64,000 nucleotides of DNA, from the NCBI GenBank assembly GCA_963717525.1, contig OY970343.1:1632001-1696000 (forward strand). The letters run 5' to 3'. The position numbers and the translations under genes are program-made. The stretch is from an uncultured Methanoregulaceae archaeon (GTDB lineage Archaea > Halobacteriota > Methanomicrobia > Methanomicrobiales > Methanospirillaceae). Shown here piece by piece: positions 1-10,056 of the stretch (positions within the stretch are counted from its first letter, which is position 1; each line of letters begins with the position of its first letter). Below the pieces are notes generated by a model. That model was not told the origin of the DNA, ran no database searches, and was given only the letters and a program-made list of their open reading frames with translations.

Positions 1-31
1 TTTAATAAAAAAATATCGAGTTTTCAAGATT

Positions 32-763
32 TTATTTATACAATTTTTTGTAGCAAGAATAACAGACAGGTTTCCCGAAGGATTGTTTTGATTCCTTTCC
101 GCAAATATGACAATATTTCTCTGGATAGGATTCATCAGAATATTTTGCCCAGATTGGATAGCACTTTGAGCAAAGGGGTTTAGCTGGATTAAGTGCCATT
201 TCCGCATGACACCTTATACAATAACCAATTTTATTATCGGATTTTGGAGCGGGTTTGGCAGATGGTTTTTCTTTTGTGGTTTCTTGTTTGGCTTTTACTG
301 GCTGTTCCTTCTCAATTGTAACTTTATATTGGATTTTTTCTGCATCTTCAATCAATCTTGTAACTTCTTTGAAAATTTGATCGTATATTTCTTTATCCTC
401 GATAGCATCGAAAATGAGACCTACTTCTTTATTATTTTGCTGAGAATGTAGATACAAATTCATTGAGGTGATAATGGCTGTAGATTCGTTAAGATATATT
501 TTTGCGTGAAGCCCCTCGATTGATTTTATCTTTGCATTTTCAAGATTTTGAAGGAAACTGATATCATCGGGAGGCCAGTTGGTATCTTTTCTGCAAACTA
601 CTTTAATATCGATTAATGCCTGTCTATCTGCTTCTTTAATCAAACTTCGCAAATTTTTAGAGATTTGCAGATATGGACTAATTAAAAATAATTGTTTGTG
701 AGCATTTTTGACCAAATCGTCTAATGCAGCCGAGATCCCATTAGTTGTATAGAACTTTACCAT
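32..763 (-). CDS. Phospholipase D-family (HKD) nuclease-like protein with C-terminal Cys-rich zinc-ribbon domain
   Basis: LISPY, HAKIYLNE (HxKxxxxE variant), TSMNL and NNKEVG motifs; four CxxC pairs at the C-terminus; AT-rich relative to the window. Confidence 0.8.
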   Translation of the reverse strand: MVKFYTTNGISAALDDLVKNAHKQLFLISPYLQISKNLRSLIKEADRQALIDIKVVCRKDTNWPPDDISFLQNLENAKIKSIEGLHAKIYLNESTAIITSMNLYLHSQQNNKEVGLIFDAIEDKEIYDQIFKEVTRLIEDAEKIQYKVTIEKEQPVKAKQETTKEKPSAKPAPKSDNKIGYCIRCHAEMALNPAKPLCSKCYPIWAKYSDESYPEKYCHICGKESKQSFGKPVCYSCYKKLYK

Positions 764-864
764 CTTATTCCCTCAATAAAACCTACTTCTCCCAATAGTA
801 TAAATCTATCATAATCTACTCTTAATCATAAACTCAAATTTTTTTAGAAAAGTCTGGAACAGCT

Positions 865-1250
865 GTTACCAACCGTAAAAAATGATTATATCACGCGTCG
901 GGAACCCCCGGAAATGTGCCTCCCGGCAGCCGGACAGTTGCCCTTTCCAGCCTCCGTCGTAAATCAAGCCCAGAATAGCCCTGCATTTTAAAAAATAAGC
1001 CCGTTTTGAGCCCCATATAATGCCCCCGGGAGCCCCGTATTCGCGTTCTGGCGGCCTCTTTTTTCCGGATCATGCAAATGGCAATTCCACCCGGGATCTG
1101 CCAAAATAACCCCTTTATCGAGGTCGTTTTAATTCGTCCGTTTGCGAAAATAAGGCCGATTCAGGCTTATTTTAAAACGGAGCCCGATACGGGCTTCTTT
1201 TGGGAGTGCCAGACGCCAATCGGAGGCCAGATTGAGCCCGGATTGGATTC
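865..1250 (-). repeat. Long non-coding repeat element, copy A1 (paralogous to ~49553-49950)
   Basis: Collinear blocks shared with copy A2: TTGAGCCCCATATAAT (1006 vs 49708), TTCGTCCG..AAAATAAGGCCGATT..GGCTTATTTT..CGGAGCCCGATACGGG (1133 vs 49836), ATTGAGCCCGGATTGG (1231 vs 49934). Confidence 0.8.
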
Positions 1251-1409
1251 GGGTCACAGGTGGGTTTTGGGAGAAGGGAAATTCAGGCTCCAAGTACGGA
1301 GATCAAATGCAAAATAAGGCGTTGTACCATTCCAGGAATGATCCTGATATTTTTCGTTTCGGATTCTCATTGAAGATTAGATGGGGCCAATAAAAATTGA
1401 AAATCATTA

Positions 1410-1712
1410 TTAATTTTTTTCTGTCGGTTCCTCTTTAGGTTGATCCTTTCCTTTTTCCTTTTCTGTCTTATCCTCTTTTTCCTCTTCCTCGTCGTCTTCC
1501 TCTTCTTCCTCTTCTTCGGTCTGACTCTTATCTGAGACGAGATAATAAATTATTAACGTTATAATAGCCGCAAGTACTGCGTTAAGACAAAAAGCCAGTG
1601 TACCCAGCGAGCTGGAGAACCCGCCGTTGAATACGAACGCTGTAATCGGGAAGTACACTGCCATAAGGACGAAGAACATGCCAAGAATTAGGCCTAAATC
1701 CCGTTTTTTCAT
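1410..1712 (-). CDS. Small 2-TM membrane protein with acidic/charged tail
   Basis: Two hydrophobic segments followed by a poly-E/K tail. Confidence 0.65.
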   Translation of the reverse strand: MKKRDLGLILGMFFVLMAVYFPITAFVFNGGFSSSLGTLAFCLNAVLAAIITLIIYYLVSDKSQTEEEEEEEDDEEEEKEDKTEKEKGKDQPKEEPTEKN

Positions 1713-1871
1713 ATCCTGTTAATGTGTCAGTCAAAAACATAACTCTATGGATCACATCTCCAGAATCTTTACGTTGAATGAATCCGGAAGCATTCCAGTA
1801 ACAGGACCGTATTTTAACCATCCTCAACCAATCGAAGGTTATTAAAGCAAATATTTTTATAATAACCATTA

Positions 1872-3167
1872 ATGGTCGCAAAGGCCGAAATTACACCCTT
1901 CGATCAAAGGCTCTTTTTAATCTTCATCGTCACGTTTGCCTCGATGACGGCATTCGAGTTTGTCGGTAAGTTCCTCTACCCGTACGACCCTGACTGGCGC
2001 TCGAACCTGATAACCAGCCTTTTTACGAGTGGCCTTGCAGTCATCATCGCTTACTTTCCCCTCAGTTCATATTATGAGAACGCCACCCAGCTCTCCTCTG
2101 AGGTGGAGAGGCGTCATGAGGTGGAAAGCGACCTGCGGGAGCGCGAGGAACGGCTGAGGAGAACCTTTGACCAGTCCCCGGTGGGGGCCGCGCTCTGCTC
2201 TCCCGACCTCCGGTTCACCCGGGTGAACGGCGCCCTGTGCGTGATCACAGGATATACTCAGGACGAGCTCATTAACCGGTCTATCATCTCCATAGCCGTC
2301 CCTGATGAGACTGCCCGCATTCTTTCCTGTGCCGAGGCCCTGAAAAGCGGTGCGGCCGATCTGGACGAACGCGACCTGCACCTGGTACGCAGGAACGGTG
2401 ACCGTATCTGGGTACGCCTCTCGGTCCGCCTTATCCGGGACGCGGAGGGGGCTCCCCTGTATTTCCTCCCGATGTTTGTGGACATCAATGACCGCAAGCT
2501 GGCGGAAGATGCCCTCCAGAAGACCAACAAAAAACTCTCGATGCTCTCCAACATCACACGCCACGACATCAAGAACCAGCTGACAGGGCTTTCCATGTTC
2601 CTGCAGATGGTAAAAAATGAGGTCCCGGATAACCCTCTCCTGCAGGAGCATATCGGCAAGCTGATGACCTGCAGTGACGCCATAGAGCGGCAGATCGAGT
2701 TCACCCGGTATTATGAGGAGCTGGGAACGGCAAACGCCGGCTGGTTCGACATGCACCAGGGCATCCTTGATGAGGCACGCCAGCTGCCCCTTGACAGGAT
2801 CACTCTCGACCCCGGGAAGGAGGGGATCTCGATCTACGTCGACCCCCTGGTAGGCAAGGTCTACTACAACCTTATCGAAAATTCCCTCAGGCATGGCGGT
2901 CACGTAACGGCGATATCGTTTGCTGCCACCGAGACGGAGAAAGGGCTCGTAATCCGGTATACTGATGACGGCGTCGGGATCCCGTCACCGGAGAAAGAGA
3001 AAATATTCCTCAAAGGGTACGGGCGTAATACCGGCCTTGGCCTGTTTTTAATCCGGGAAATTCTCGCGACCACCGGGATCAGCATAACGGAGACCGGGAC
3101 ACCCGGTGCTGGTGCTCAATTTGAGATCCTCGTTCCCAAAGGGAAGTACCGGCTTTCCCCGTCTTAA
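1872..3167 (+). CDS. Membrane PAS-domain sensor histidine kinase
   Basis: 2 TM segments, PAS/PAC, H-box TRHDIKNQL, N-box NLIENSLRHG, DDGVGI, GLGLF. Confidence 0.92.
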   Translation: MVAKAEITPFDQRLFLIFIVTFASMTAFEFVGKFLYPYDPDWRSNLITSLFTSGLAVIIAYFPLSSYYENATQLSSEVERRHEVESDLREREERLRRTFDQSPVGAALCSPDLRFTRVNGALCVITGYTQDELINRSIISIAVPDETARILSCAEALKSGAADLDERDLHLVRRNGDRIWVRLSVRLIRDAEGAPLYFLPMFVDINDRKLAEDALQKTNKKLSMLSNITRHDIKNQLTGLSMFLQMVKNEVPDNPLLQEHIGKLMTCSDAIERQIEFTRYYEELGTANAGWFDMHQGILDEARQLPLDRITLDPGKEGISIYVDPLVGKVYYNLIENSLRHGGHVTAISFAATETEKGLVIRYTDDGVGIPSPEKEKIFLKGYGRNTGLGLFLIREILATTGISITETGTPGAGAQFEILVPKGKYRLSPS

Positions 3168-3230
3168 CAAGGGGTCTGCCGATCTTTTGAGGATCCGGCG
3201 GAGGAACTAAAAAAAGGTCCGGGAGCTCCC

Positions 3231-4007
3231 TTACAGGGTAGCGACCGGAGTGATGGTTGTGGTTGGGGTAACCCTGATCCGGTGTTCGGCCCGGTAGGTC
3301 TTTATGATACTAGCGAACTGCTGGTTAAGCGTCGCAAGGTCCTCGTTTGCGGCTTTGATCGCGCTCTCGTCACGGCTGGTGAGCGCAGCGTTGAGCACAG
3401 TCCCTTCCTGCTGGATCTGGTTCTCGACTGCCTGTGCCTGCGAGACATCGATGCCCTTTGCGGTCAGGTTCGAGAGCACCCCTTCCCTCCGCTGGTCGTT
3501 TGTCGCAAACAGATCCATGCGGGCAGTCTGGCGGTCTGTCCACCATGTGTTCTCGAGGCCCTGGAGCGTCGCTGACTGTGCCATGACCGAGGCGTTGATA
3601 TTCTGCTCAAGCGCTTTGCCGGTGCCGTTGTACTCTTGGAGCGAGGATTTTGCCGTGGACATGAAGTTCGTGCGGTCTGATTTCAGCTGCGATTCCGCCT
3701 GCTGGATCTCCTCTCCGGTGGTCATCGACTGCACTGACGTAACGGTGCCGGTAAACTGCGATTCGATTGCAGAGAGCGGGGCGGTGCCGGCGCCATTGCT
3801 GATGGTGCCGATATAGCTGATCGCCCCGTCCATCTGCGCCTGTCCCTTGGCCCCGGCATACGCCACGAAGGCCTGCATCGCTGTGATGTGTTCGGGATTG
3901 GTATTCCATGCGTTCCCGCCCACGGGAGACGCTGCAACCGGCATGACTGCCGCAACAAGGCAGATCATACAAAGGCTGCCGATCAGGATTATTCTTGTGT
4001 GGTTCAT
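3231..4007 (-). CDS. Secreted helical protein of unknown function
   Basis: Signal peptide MNHTRIILIGSLCMICLVAAVMPVAA inside the longer ORF 3231..4547; Ala/Gln-rich helical body. Confidence 0.7.
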   Translation of the reverse strand: MNHTRIILIGSLCMICLVAAVMPVAASPVGGNAWNTNPEHITAMQAFVAYAGAKGQAQMDGAISYIGTISNGAGTAPLSAIESQFTGTVTSVQSMTTGEEIQQAESQLKSDRTNFMSTAKSSLQEYNGTGKALEQNINASVMAQSATLQGLENTWWTDRQTARMDLFATNDQRREGVLSNLTAKGIDVSQAQAVENQIQQEGTVLNAALTSRDESAIKAANEDLATLNQQFASIIKTYRAEHRIRVTPTTTITPVATL

Positions 4008-4272
4008 CTTTTTCACCCTCGTATTGTTGTCGAATGATGCCCCGTGCACCCCGTGCAGGGACGCATCTGCTCCTGATGTTGCCGGCCCGCGGGTATATAT
4101 TTCCATGATTGCCCGGGTAACGCCATTGAACCGCAGGGTTAGAAGAGAGAAACCGGTACGGGTACATGCCGGTCCGGGCCGGATACAGGACGCATTCCCC
4201 GAAAACAAGACGTCTGCGGCACCATTTGCCGACAGGAAAGGCTGTATACCCTCAAAAGAAATATTAAAGATC

Positions 4273-4497
4273 ATGCAATACACAATCGTCCTTGAACCCA
4301 ATGCAGAAGGTGGTTTTGCCGCCCGCTGCGTTGAGCTTCCGGGGACTGTCTGCCAGGGTGCAGACAAAGGAGAAGCGCTCGCCCGGCTTAAGGATGCGAT
4401 CGGGCAGGTACAGGAGGCCTGGCAGGCCGACCTGCACCGCACGATCCAGTCCCTTTCATCCGAGATTATCCGGATCGAAATGGCCGACGCCGCGTAG
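4273..4497 (+). CDS. hicB: HicB-family antitoxin (orphan)
   Basis: MQYTIVLEPNAEGGFAARCVELPGTVCQGADKGEALARLKDAI matches the HicB RNase-H-fold signature. Confidence 0.8.
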   Translation: MQYTIVLEPNAEGGFAARCVELPGTVCQGADKGEALARLKDAIGQVQEAWQADLHRTIQSLSSEIIRIEMADAA

Positions 4498-4895
4498 GGT
4501 GAGAGCACCCCACCGGGGGATTTTCCCCCACAGAAATTTATACCCATTTTTCAGGAATTTCAGCGGCATCACGCACGAACCCTGTGCATTTTATGGGGAA
4601 GAGATCCTCCTCCCGGGCTGTCACAAGACCTTTGACGTCGAAGATGTCAAAACCGATCAGGTCCGTGGATTTGTTGCAAAAATTCGGTGATGAACGCTTT
4701 TGCGATTGCGCAGGTCTTCTCCTTTGCTGCAAGGTCGCGAACTTTGGTCCGGCCGTACTTCATCCCGATCACCATGATGGTACGGGGTGCACCCCCGCCT
4801 GGTTGGCAGACCGGCCCGCGACCAGCCGGGGTATACCTTTTTTGTACGTGGAGAGGCCAACACTTGTACCATCCGGCCGCCGGTTTGTGAGTACC

Positions 4896-6073
4896 ATGAC
4901 GTTTGCCTTTGCCCGACGCATCCAGCATGCCCCGGCATCGTTTCTCGGGGAGCTCTTCAGGGTCTCTGCCGATCCCTCCATCATCTCGTTTGCCGGGGGG
5001 CTACCTTCTTCCGCGCTGATCGATACAGGCGGGCTTTCGGACGCCGCACGGGACGTTTTTGATACCGATCCCCGTACCGCCCTGCAGGTACTCGACAACC
5101 GACGGCTACCGGCCGCTGCGGGAGTACATCGCGGCCCGGTACCGCAAAAGGCTCGGCATCCCGGCCACCGCCGACGAAATACAGATCACCAACGGCTCCC
5201 AGCAGTGCCTCGACCTCTTTGCCAAGATCTTCCTTGACCCCGGAGACAGGGTGGGCATGGAACGGCCGGGGTATCTCGGAGCGATCGAAGCGTTTTCGCT
5301 CTACGAGCCGGAATTTACCGCCGTGCCGCTCGATCATGAGGGCCCGGACCCGGGTGCCTTTGCAACGATGATGAGGGAGACACCGGTGAAATTCTTTTAC
5401 GGCATCCCCAATTCACAGAACCCATCGGGCTGCACCTACTCGCAGGACAGGCGCAGGGAGATCGCGGAGATGCTTAAGGGCACGAATACCGTCTTTTATG
5501 AGGACGACGCGTTCGGGGAACTCTTCTTTGATGGCAAGCCCCGGCTGCCGGTGAAACGCTTTCTTCCCGGAAATGCCGTGATCTCCGGATCGTTCTCCAA
5601 GATCACCGCACCGGGCATGCGGATCGGGTGGCTGTACGCCCCGCCTGAGATCCTCGCGGCCTTCAACACCGCAAAGCAGGCAGCCGATCTGCACTCGAAT
5701 TTCCTCTGCCAGCAGATCCTGCACCGGTACCTCACCACAAACGACCTCGATTGCCATATCCGCAAAATTATCGCGGTCTACAGCCGGGCAGTGCCGGCTG
5801 ATGTGCGACCTCTTCGACGACCTGATGCCAGATCTCTCCCACACGACCCCGGAAGGGGGGATGTTTCTCACCGCTACGCTTCCTGCCGGCCTGCATGCGA
5901 TGAAGGTTTTTGAAGAAGGGATCCGGCACAAGGTCGCGGTGCTGCCCGGGATGCCGTTCTTTGTCGACGGCGGCGGCACTGACACGATCCGGCTCAACTT
6001 CTCCAACGCCGATGAAGAGAAGATCACGGAAGGCATGCACCGGCTTGCAGGGGTTATCAGCGGACTGTCCTGA
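4896..6073 (+). CDS. PLP-dependent class I aminotransferase (MocR/LysN-like), two frameshifts (~5088, ~5790)
   Basis: IISFAGGLP, ITNGSQQ, PNSQNPSG, EDDAFGEL, GSFSKITAPGMRIGW, PEGGMF and IRLNFS spread over three frames. Confidence 0.88.
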
Positions 6074-6141
6074 ACCGGCCTGCATCAACTCCGGATCTAT
6101 GATGATAACCTTTTTTGTGCCCGGAAAAGAACGGGTACCCC

Positions 6142-6760
6142 ATGACTGCACAACGCCTGTTCATTATCCTTGCCTTTCTTGCCTGTGCCCTGCTCCTCTC
6201 CTGCGGGTGCACGCAGCCTGCCGGCTCCGCACAAACACAGAGCCCGGCCGCCGCGATACCGGAAACATCCGTGTCCCCTGCGGCAGCTGCTGTAACCATA
6301 TCAGCACAGGACCACGTCCTGCTCGAAACAACGATGGGGAACATCACCATCGCGCTCGACCCCGGCATGCCGATCACGGCCGGCAACTTCGAAAAACTGG
6401 TCAAAAGCGGTTTCTATGACGGAGTTATCTTCCACCGCGTGATCCCCGGGTTCATGATACAGGGCGGCGATCCTACCGGTACCGGCCAGGGAGGCCCCGG
6501 CTGATACCATCCCCGACGAATTCACCAGCCATAATCACAACGCCCGGGGCACGGTTGCCATGGCAAATGCAGGGCCCAACACGGGAGGCTCGCAGTTCTT
6601 CATCAACCTCGTCAACAACACGTACCTCGATCCGAATTACCCGGTTTTCGGGACAGTCACCTCCGGGATGGACGTAGTGGATGCCATCGCAGCTGTGCCT
6701 ACCGGTGAGAACAACCGGCCGCTCACGAACGTGACTATTCTCCACGCGGAGATGGCATGA
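6142..6760 (+). CDS. Cyclophilin-type peptidyl-prolyl isomerase with lipoprotein signal; frameshift ~6500
   Basis: LLLSCGC lipobox-like signal, [31 protein letters not shown]. Confidence 0.88.
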
Positions 6761-6839
6761 GGAGCCGATCCCAAGGTGGACCCCTCATTCGCACCACACA
6801 GGAAAGAATACCTCTCATGAACTACAATTACCGGTAACA

Positions 6840-7313
6840 ATGACATCCACGCAGGCACCCGGTAAACGGGTACGGCTCGAAACGAACATGGGCACGATCA
6901 CGATCGCGCTCGACCCGGAGATGCCGATCACCGCCGGTAACTTCGAAACGCTCGCACAGAAAGGCTACTACAACGGTGTCATCTTCCACCGCGTGATCCC
7001 CGGGTTCATGATACAGGGAGGAGACCCCACCGGCACCGGGAGGGGCGGACCCGGCTATGCGATCAAGGACGAGTTTACTGCCAACAACCGGAACGATCGG
7101 GGCACCCTCTCGATGGCAAACGCAGGTCCCAACACCGGCGGTTCGCAGTTTTTCATCAACCTCGTCAACAACAACTTCCTCGACGGCAAGCACCCGGTCT
7201 TCGGGAAGGTTGTCGAAGGCATGGACGTCGTCGACAAAATCGGCAAGACCAAAACCGACCATGATGACCGGCCTCTAGAGAAAGTCATAATCCTCCACGC
7301 AATCATGGAGTAA
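6840..7313 (+). CDS. Cyclophilin-type peptidyl-prolyl isomerase (cytoplasmic)
   Basis: [41 protein letters not shown]. Confidence 0.95.
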   Translation: MTSTQAPGKRVRLETNMGTITIALDPEMPITAGNFETLAQKGYYNGVIFHRVIPGFMIQGGDPTGTGRGGPGYAIKDEFTANNRNDRGTLSMANAGPNTGGSQFFINLVNNNFLDGKHPVFGKVVEGMDVVDKIGKTKTDHDDRPLEKVIILHAIME

Positions 7314-7525
7314 TCGGTTCCGGAAAGGATCCGGATTTATTTTTTTCACGGATTTCGTTTTTGGCTGGTTAACCGGTTGTCTATACCTTTGCAGTTGTCC
7401 AGAAAGAGACAATCACTTGAGGAAAAGAGCACAGACACTAGCCCTGAAAACCTGGGTACCTGCACCGTTTTTTTAAGGAACACCTATGTGCCGGGCACGC
7501 GAGACTGTACTGCACAGGTGCGACC

Positions 7526-8425
7526 ATGAAAAAACGTACACCAGACCCTGACCTCGAAGCGCATGCCACAGGGATCATACAGCGCCACCTCGCCCGCCGG
7601 CCCCGGGCACAGAAGATGTGGAACCTGCTCACGGGCGATCCCGAGGTGCAGGCCTGCTGGAAGATGGCAAACTACGTTGCCGCAACCAAGATGGGGATGA
7701 ACGATCATGGCCGGACCCACGCCACGGTCGCCACCGCATCCGCGCTCACCATGCTTGACCTGCTGGACGGTTCGCCGTTCTGCCCGGACATCGTTGCCGG
7801 GGGATTCGGTGACAGCGATGACGCGGCGCTCGCGGTGATAACAGCCACGCTCTGCCACGATCTCGGGAACACGGTTCACCGTGAGGAGCACGCGGATCTT
7901 GGCGTGGTGATCGCGCTCCCGATCCTCGACCGGCTCCTGCCCGGGATCTACAGTGACCCGGAGAAACGCATTGCGATCCGGTCGTTCATCCTCTCCGCGA
8001 TGTACTCCCACCACGGGATACCCCGGCCGCTCACCATCGAGGCGGCCCTCGTCTGTATCGCGGACTCAACCGACATGACCAAGGGCCGGGGCCGGGTCGC
8101 GTTTGAATCAGGAAGCATCACGATCCACTCGGTCTCGGCGCTTTCCATCGAAAAGGTGGAGATCAAAAAAGGGGACCAAAAGCCCATCGGTCTTGTGATC
8201 CACATGTCAAGCCCGGCCGGGATATTCCAGGTACAGGAGATCCTCGCGCCCAAGGTGCGGGCCGGGCCGCTTGCCGACGCGGTGGACGTGGTCGCGGTGA
8301 CCACGGACGAGGCGCACGCGGCAGGGCAGGGGCTCGTCTCCGGGATCCGGATGCAGGGCGCAAAGTTTGTGCCCCTGCAGCCGGAAAGCGGCCGGGCCCG
8401 CCCGGGCGGGAAGAAGCACCGCTGA
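7526..8425 (+). CDS. HD-domain metal-dependent phosphohydrolase
   Basis: NDHGRTH, CHDLGN, SHH and ADSTDM motifs. Confidence 0.88.
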   Translation: MKKRTPDPDLEAHATGIIQRHLARRPRAQKMWNLLTGDPEVQACWKMANYVAATKMGMNDHGRTHATVATASALTMLDLLDGSPFCPDIVAGGFGDSDDAALAVITATLCHDLGNTVHREEHADLGVVIALPILDRLLPGIYSDPEKRIAIRSFILSAMYSHHGIPRPLTIEAALVCIADSTDMTKGRGRVAFESGSITIHSVSALSIEKVEIKKGDQKPIGLVIHMSSPAGIFQVQEILAPKVRAGPLADAVDVVAVTTDEAHAAGQGLVSGIRMQGAKFVPLQPESGRARPGGKKHR

Positions 8426-8442
8426 CGGTTCTTCCCTTACGC

Positions 8443-8940
8443 TTATTTCCCTGCGGTATGAGGCCGGAGCGTGCCGATAAACCCTTCAAGCCCGTCCCGT
8501 GCCCCGCGCCGGTCCTTTGCCGAGACAATTTTTGTCTCTGCACCGGCGAAATGCGCCTTTACTGACTCTGACTGTGCGCCGACCGTGTCGCACTTGTTGA
8601 GGAAGACGACGAACGGGATCTTTTCCCCGGCAATCGAGGTGTGGAGGTGCTCAACGAACTCATCCACCGGGGAGGTCGCGTCGACGAGCAGGATCGCACC
8701 GTCCATGCCCTTCCCAATGATCTCGCGGGCGAACTCGAAGCGCTCCTGCCCTGGGGTGCCGTACAAATAGACCCTTTTATCGCCGATTTGGACCCGGCCG
8801 TAGTCAAGCGCGATGGTGGTCGTGCCCCCGGCGCATTCGGCCTCGATGTGCTTTGTCTGCGGGTCGAGCGTCTGGATCAGCGTGGACTTGCCCGCCCCGA
8901 ACGCGCCAAAAACGACGATCTTGTATTTTTCTTCTGCCAT
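8443..8940 (-). CDS. Small GTP-binding protein (MglA/Rab-like ATP/GTP-binding family)
   Basis: GAFGAGKST (G1), TTTIALDYG, GTPGQERF (G3), NKCD (G4), SAK (G5). Confidence 0.88.
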   Translation of the reverse strand: MAEEKYKIVVFGAFGAGKSTLIQTLDPQTKHIEAECAGGTTTIALDYGRVQIGDKRVYLYGTPGQERFEFAREIIGKGMDGAILLVDATSPVDEFVEHLHTSIAGEKIPFVVFLNKCDTVGAQSESVKAHFAGAETKIVSAKDRRGARDGLEGFIGTLRPHTAGK

Positions 8941-9237
8941 TATGGTACGATAGGCGGCGGGGGTGTTTACCATTTCGGTCTGGCGTAAAGATGCGACGGG
9001 ACCGGCGGAATTTCCTTTCTTTTTAAAATTTCTGACAAGTGTTAGTAAATTCCAGCTGACAAAAATATGTTTTGGGGACGTAAATTCTTAAAATTCTGGT
9101 CCTTCACGAATTCTGCATGCTGTCGCATTCAGGCAGGAGCTCGCTTGGCCCGATGAAGGCCGATACTGTCTAAAATCCACCCCGTGTGTTTTATATCTGT
9201 AGTCCATTAATAACAGACTTGTTATAAGGGTCAGCAT

Positions 9238-10056
9238 ATGTTCAGAGTACTCTACGTCGATGATGAACCCGGTCCTCTTGAGATCGGCAAACTCTTTCTC
9301 GAGAAAGAGGGGCGGTTCTCCGTTGACGTTATTACGTCAGCCTCCGGGGCCCTTTCCCTCATGGAGTCAGCAACCTATGATGCAATTATTGCCGATTACC
9401 AGATGCCCGGGATGGACGGCATCGAATTTCTCAAACATGTGAGGAGTTCCGGCAACAGTATCCCGTTTATTCTCTTCACTGGCCGGGGCCGGGAAGAGAT
9501 CGTTATCCAGGCATTGAACAGCGGGGCGGATTTTTACCTCCAGAAGGAGGGAGAGCCCAGATCGCAGTTTACCGAACTCCTGTCCAAGATACGGAAAGCC
9601 GCCTCCCGCTGGCAAGCCGAGAAGAGAGTTGTGGACCTGAACCGGGTCACATCCCTGTTGAGCCAGGTTAACAAGTGCATTGTTCGCATCTGTAACAGTG
9701 ACGAACTCTTCAAAGCCATCTGTACGGTCGCTGTCGAGCACGGAAAATTCAAAATAGCATGGATCGGGATTGCTGACAGGAGGCGTCCGGCTAATTTCGT
9801 CTGTTTGGAAGTTAGCCCTGCATTCAACCGAATCATGGGAACCAAAATGGTTATTGGAAATCCGGTCACCGCTGTATTCCTGGGAATTAAAAACACCTGT
9901 CCGAAACTGTTTGAGATCTATGGCGGGGTCTCATTGACCGGCATGCCGGCACGCACTTCTTCACGGTGCCCTTTAAGAAAAAATGAACTGCCCGGCCGTA
10001 CCCGATATTCATCCGGGATGCCTGCCCGAAAGACTGGAAAAGTGAGTCCGCTATGA
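9238..10056 (+). CDS. Response-regulator receiver protein with degenerate GAF/PAS fragments (probable internally deleted hybrid kinase)
   Basis: YVDDE, DYQMPGMDG, FTGRG, GADFYLQK; then the start of a GAF domain and a degenerate PAS piece. Confidence 0.75.
   Translation: MFRVLYVDDEPGPLEIGKLFLEKEGRFSVDVITSASGALSLMESATYDAIIADYQMPGMDGIEFLKHVRSSGNSIPFILFTGRGREEIVIQALNSGADFYLQKEGEPRSQFTELLSKIRKAASRWQAEKRVVDLNRVTSLLSQVNKCIVRICNSDELFKAICTVAVEHGKFKIAWIGIADRRRPANFVCLEVSPAFNRIMGTKMVIGNPVTAVFLGIKNTCPKLFEIYGGVSLTGMPARTSSRCPLRKNELPGRTRYSSGMPARKTGKVSPL

Noticed and set aside
891..1317. ORFs 891..1073, 1072..1317 and 49407..49688
   Set aside because: They lie within repeat element A; the reading frames are not conserved between copies.
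1440..1520. TCT/TCC microsatellite
   Set aside because: It simply encodes the poly-Glu/Lys tail of the 1410..1712 protein.
3847..4547. Long N-terminal extensions of ORFs 3231..4547 and 3847..4497
   Set aside because: The two extensions overlap each other across a divergent promoter; the real starts are most likely 4007 and 4273.
6495..6510. Programmed frameshift or readthrough at the TGA in cyclophilin 1
   Set aside because: Removing one base restores GYTIPDEF; it matches the window-wide indel pattern.
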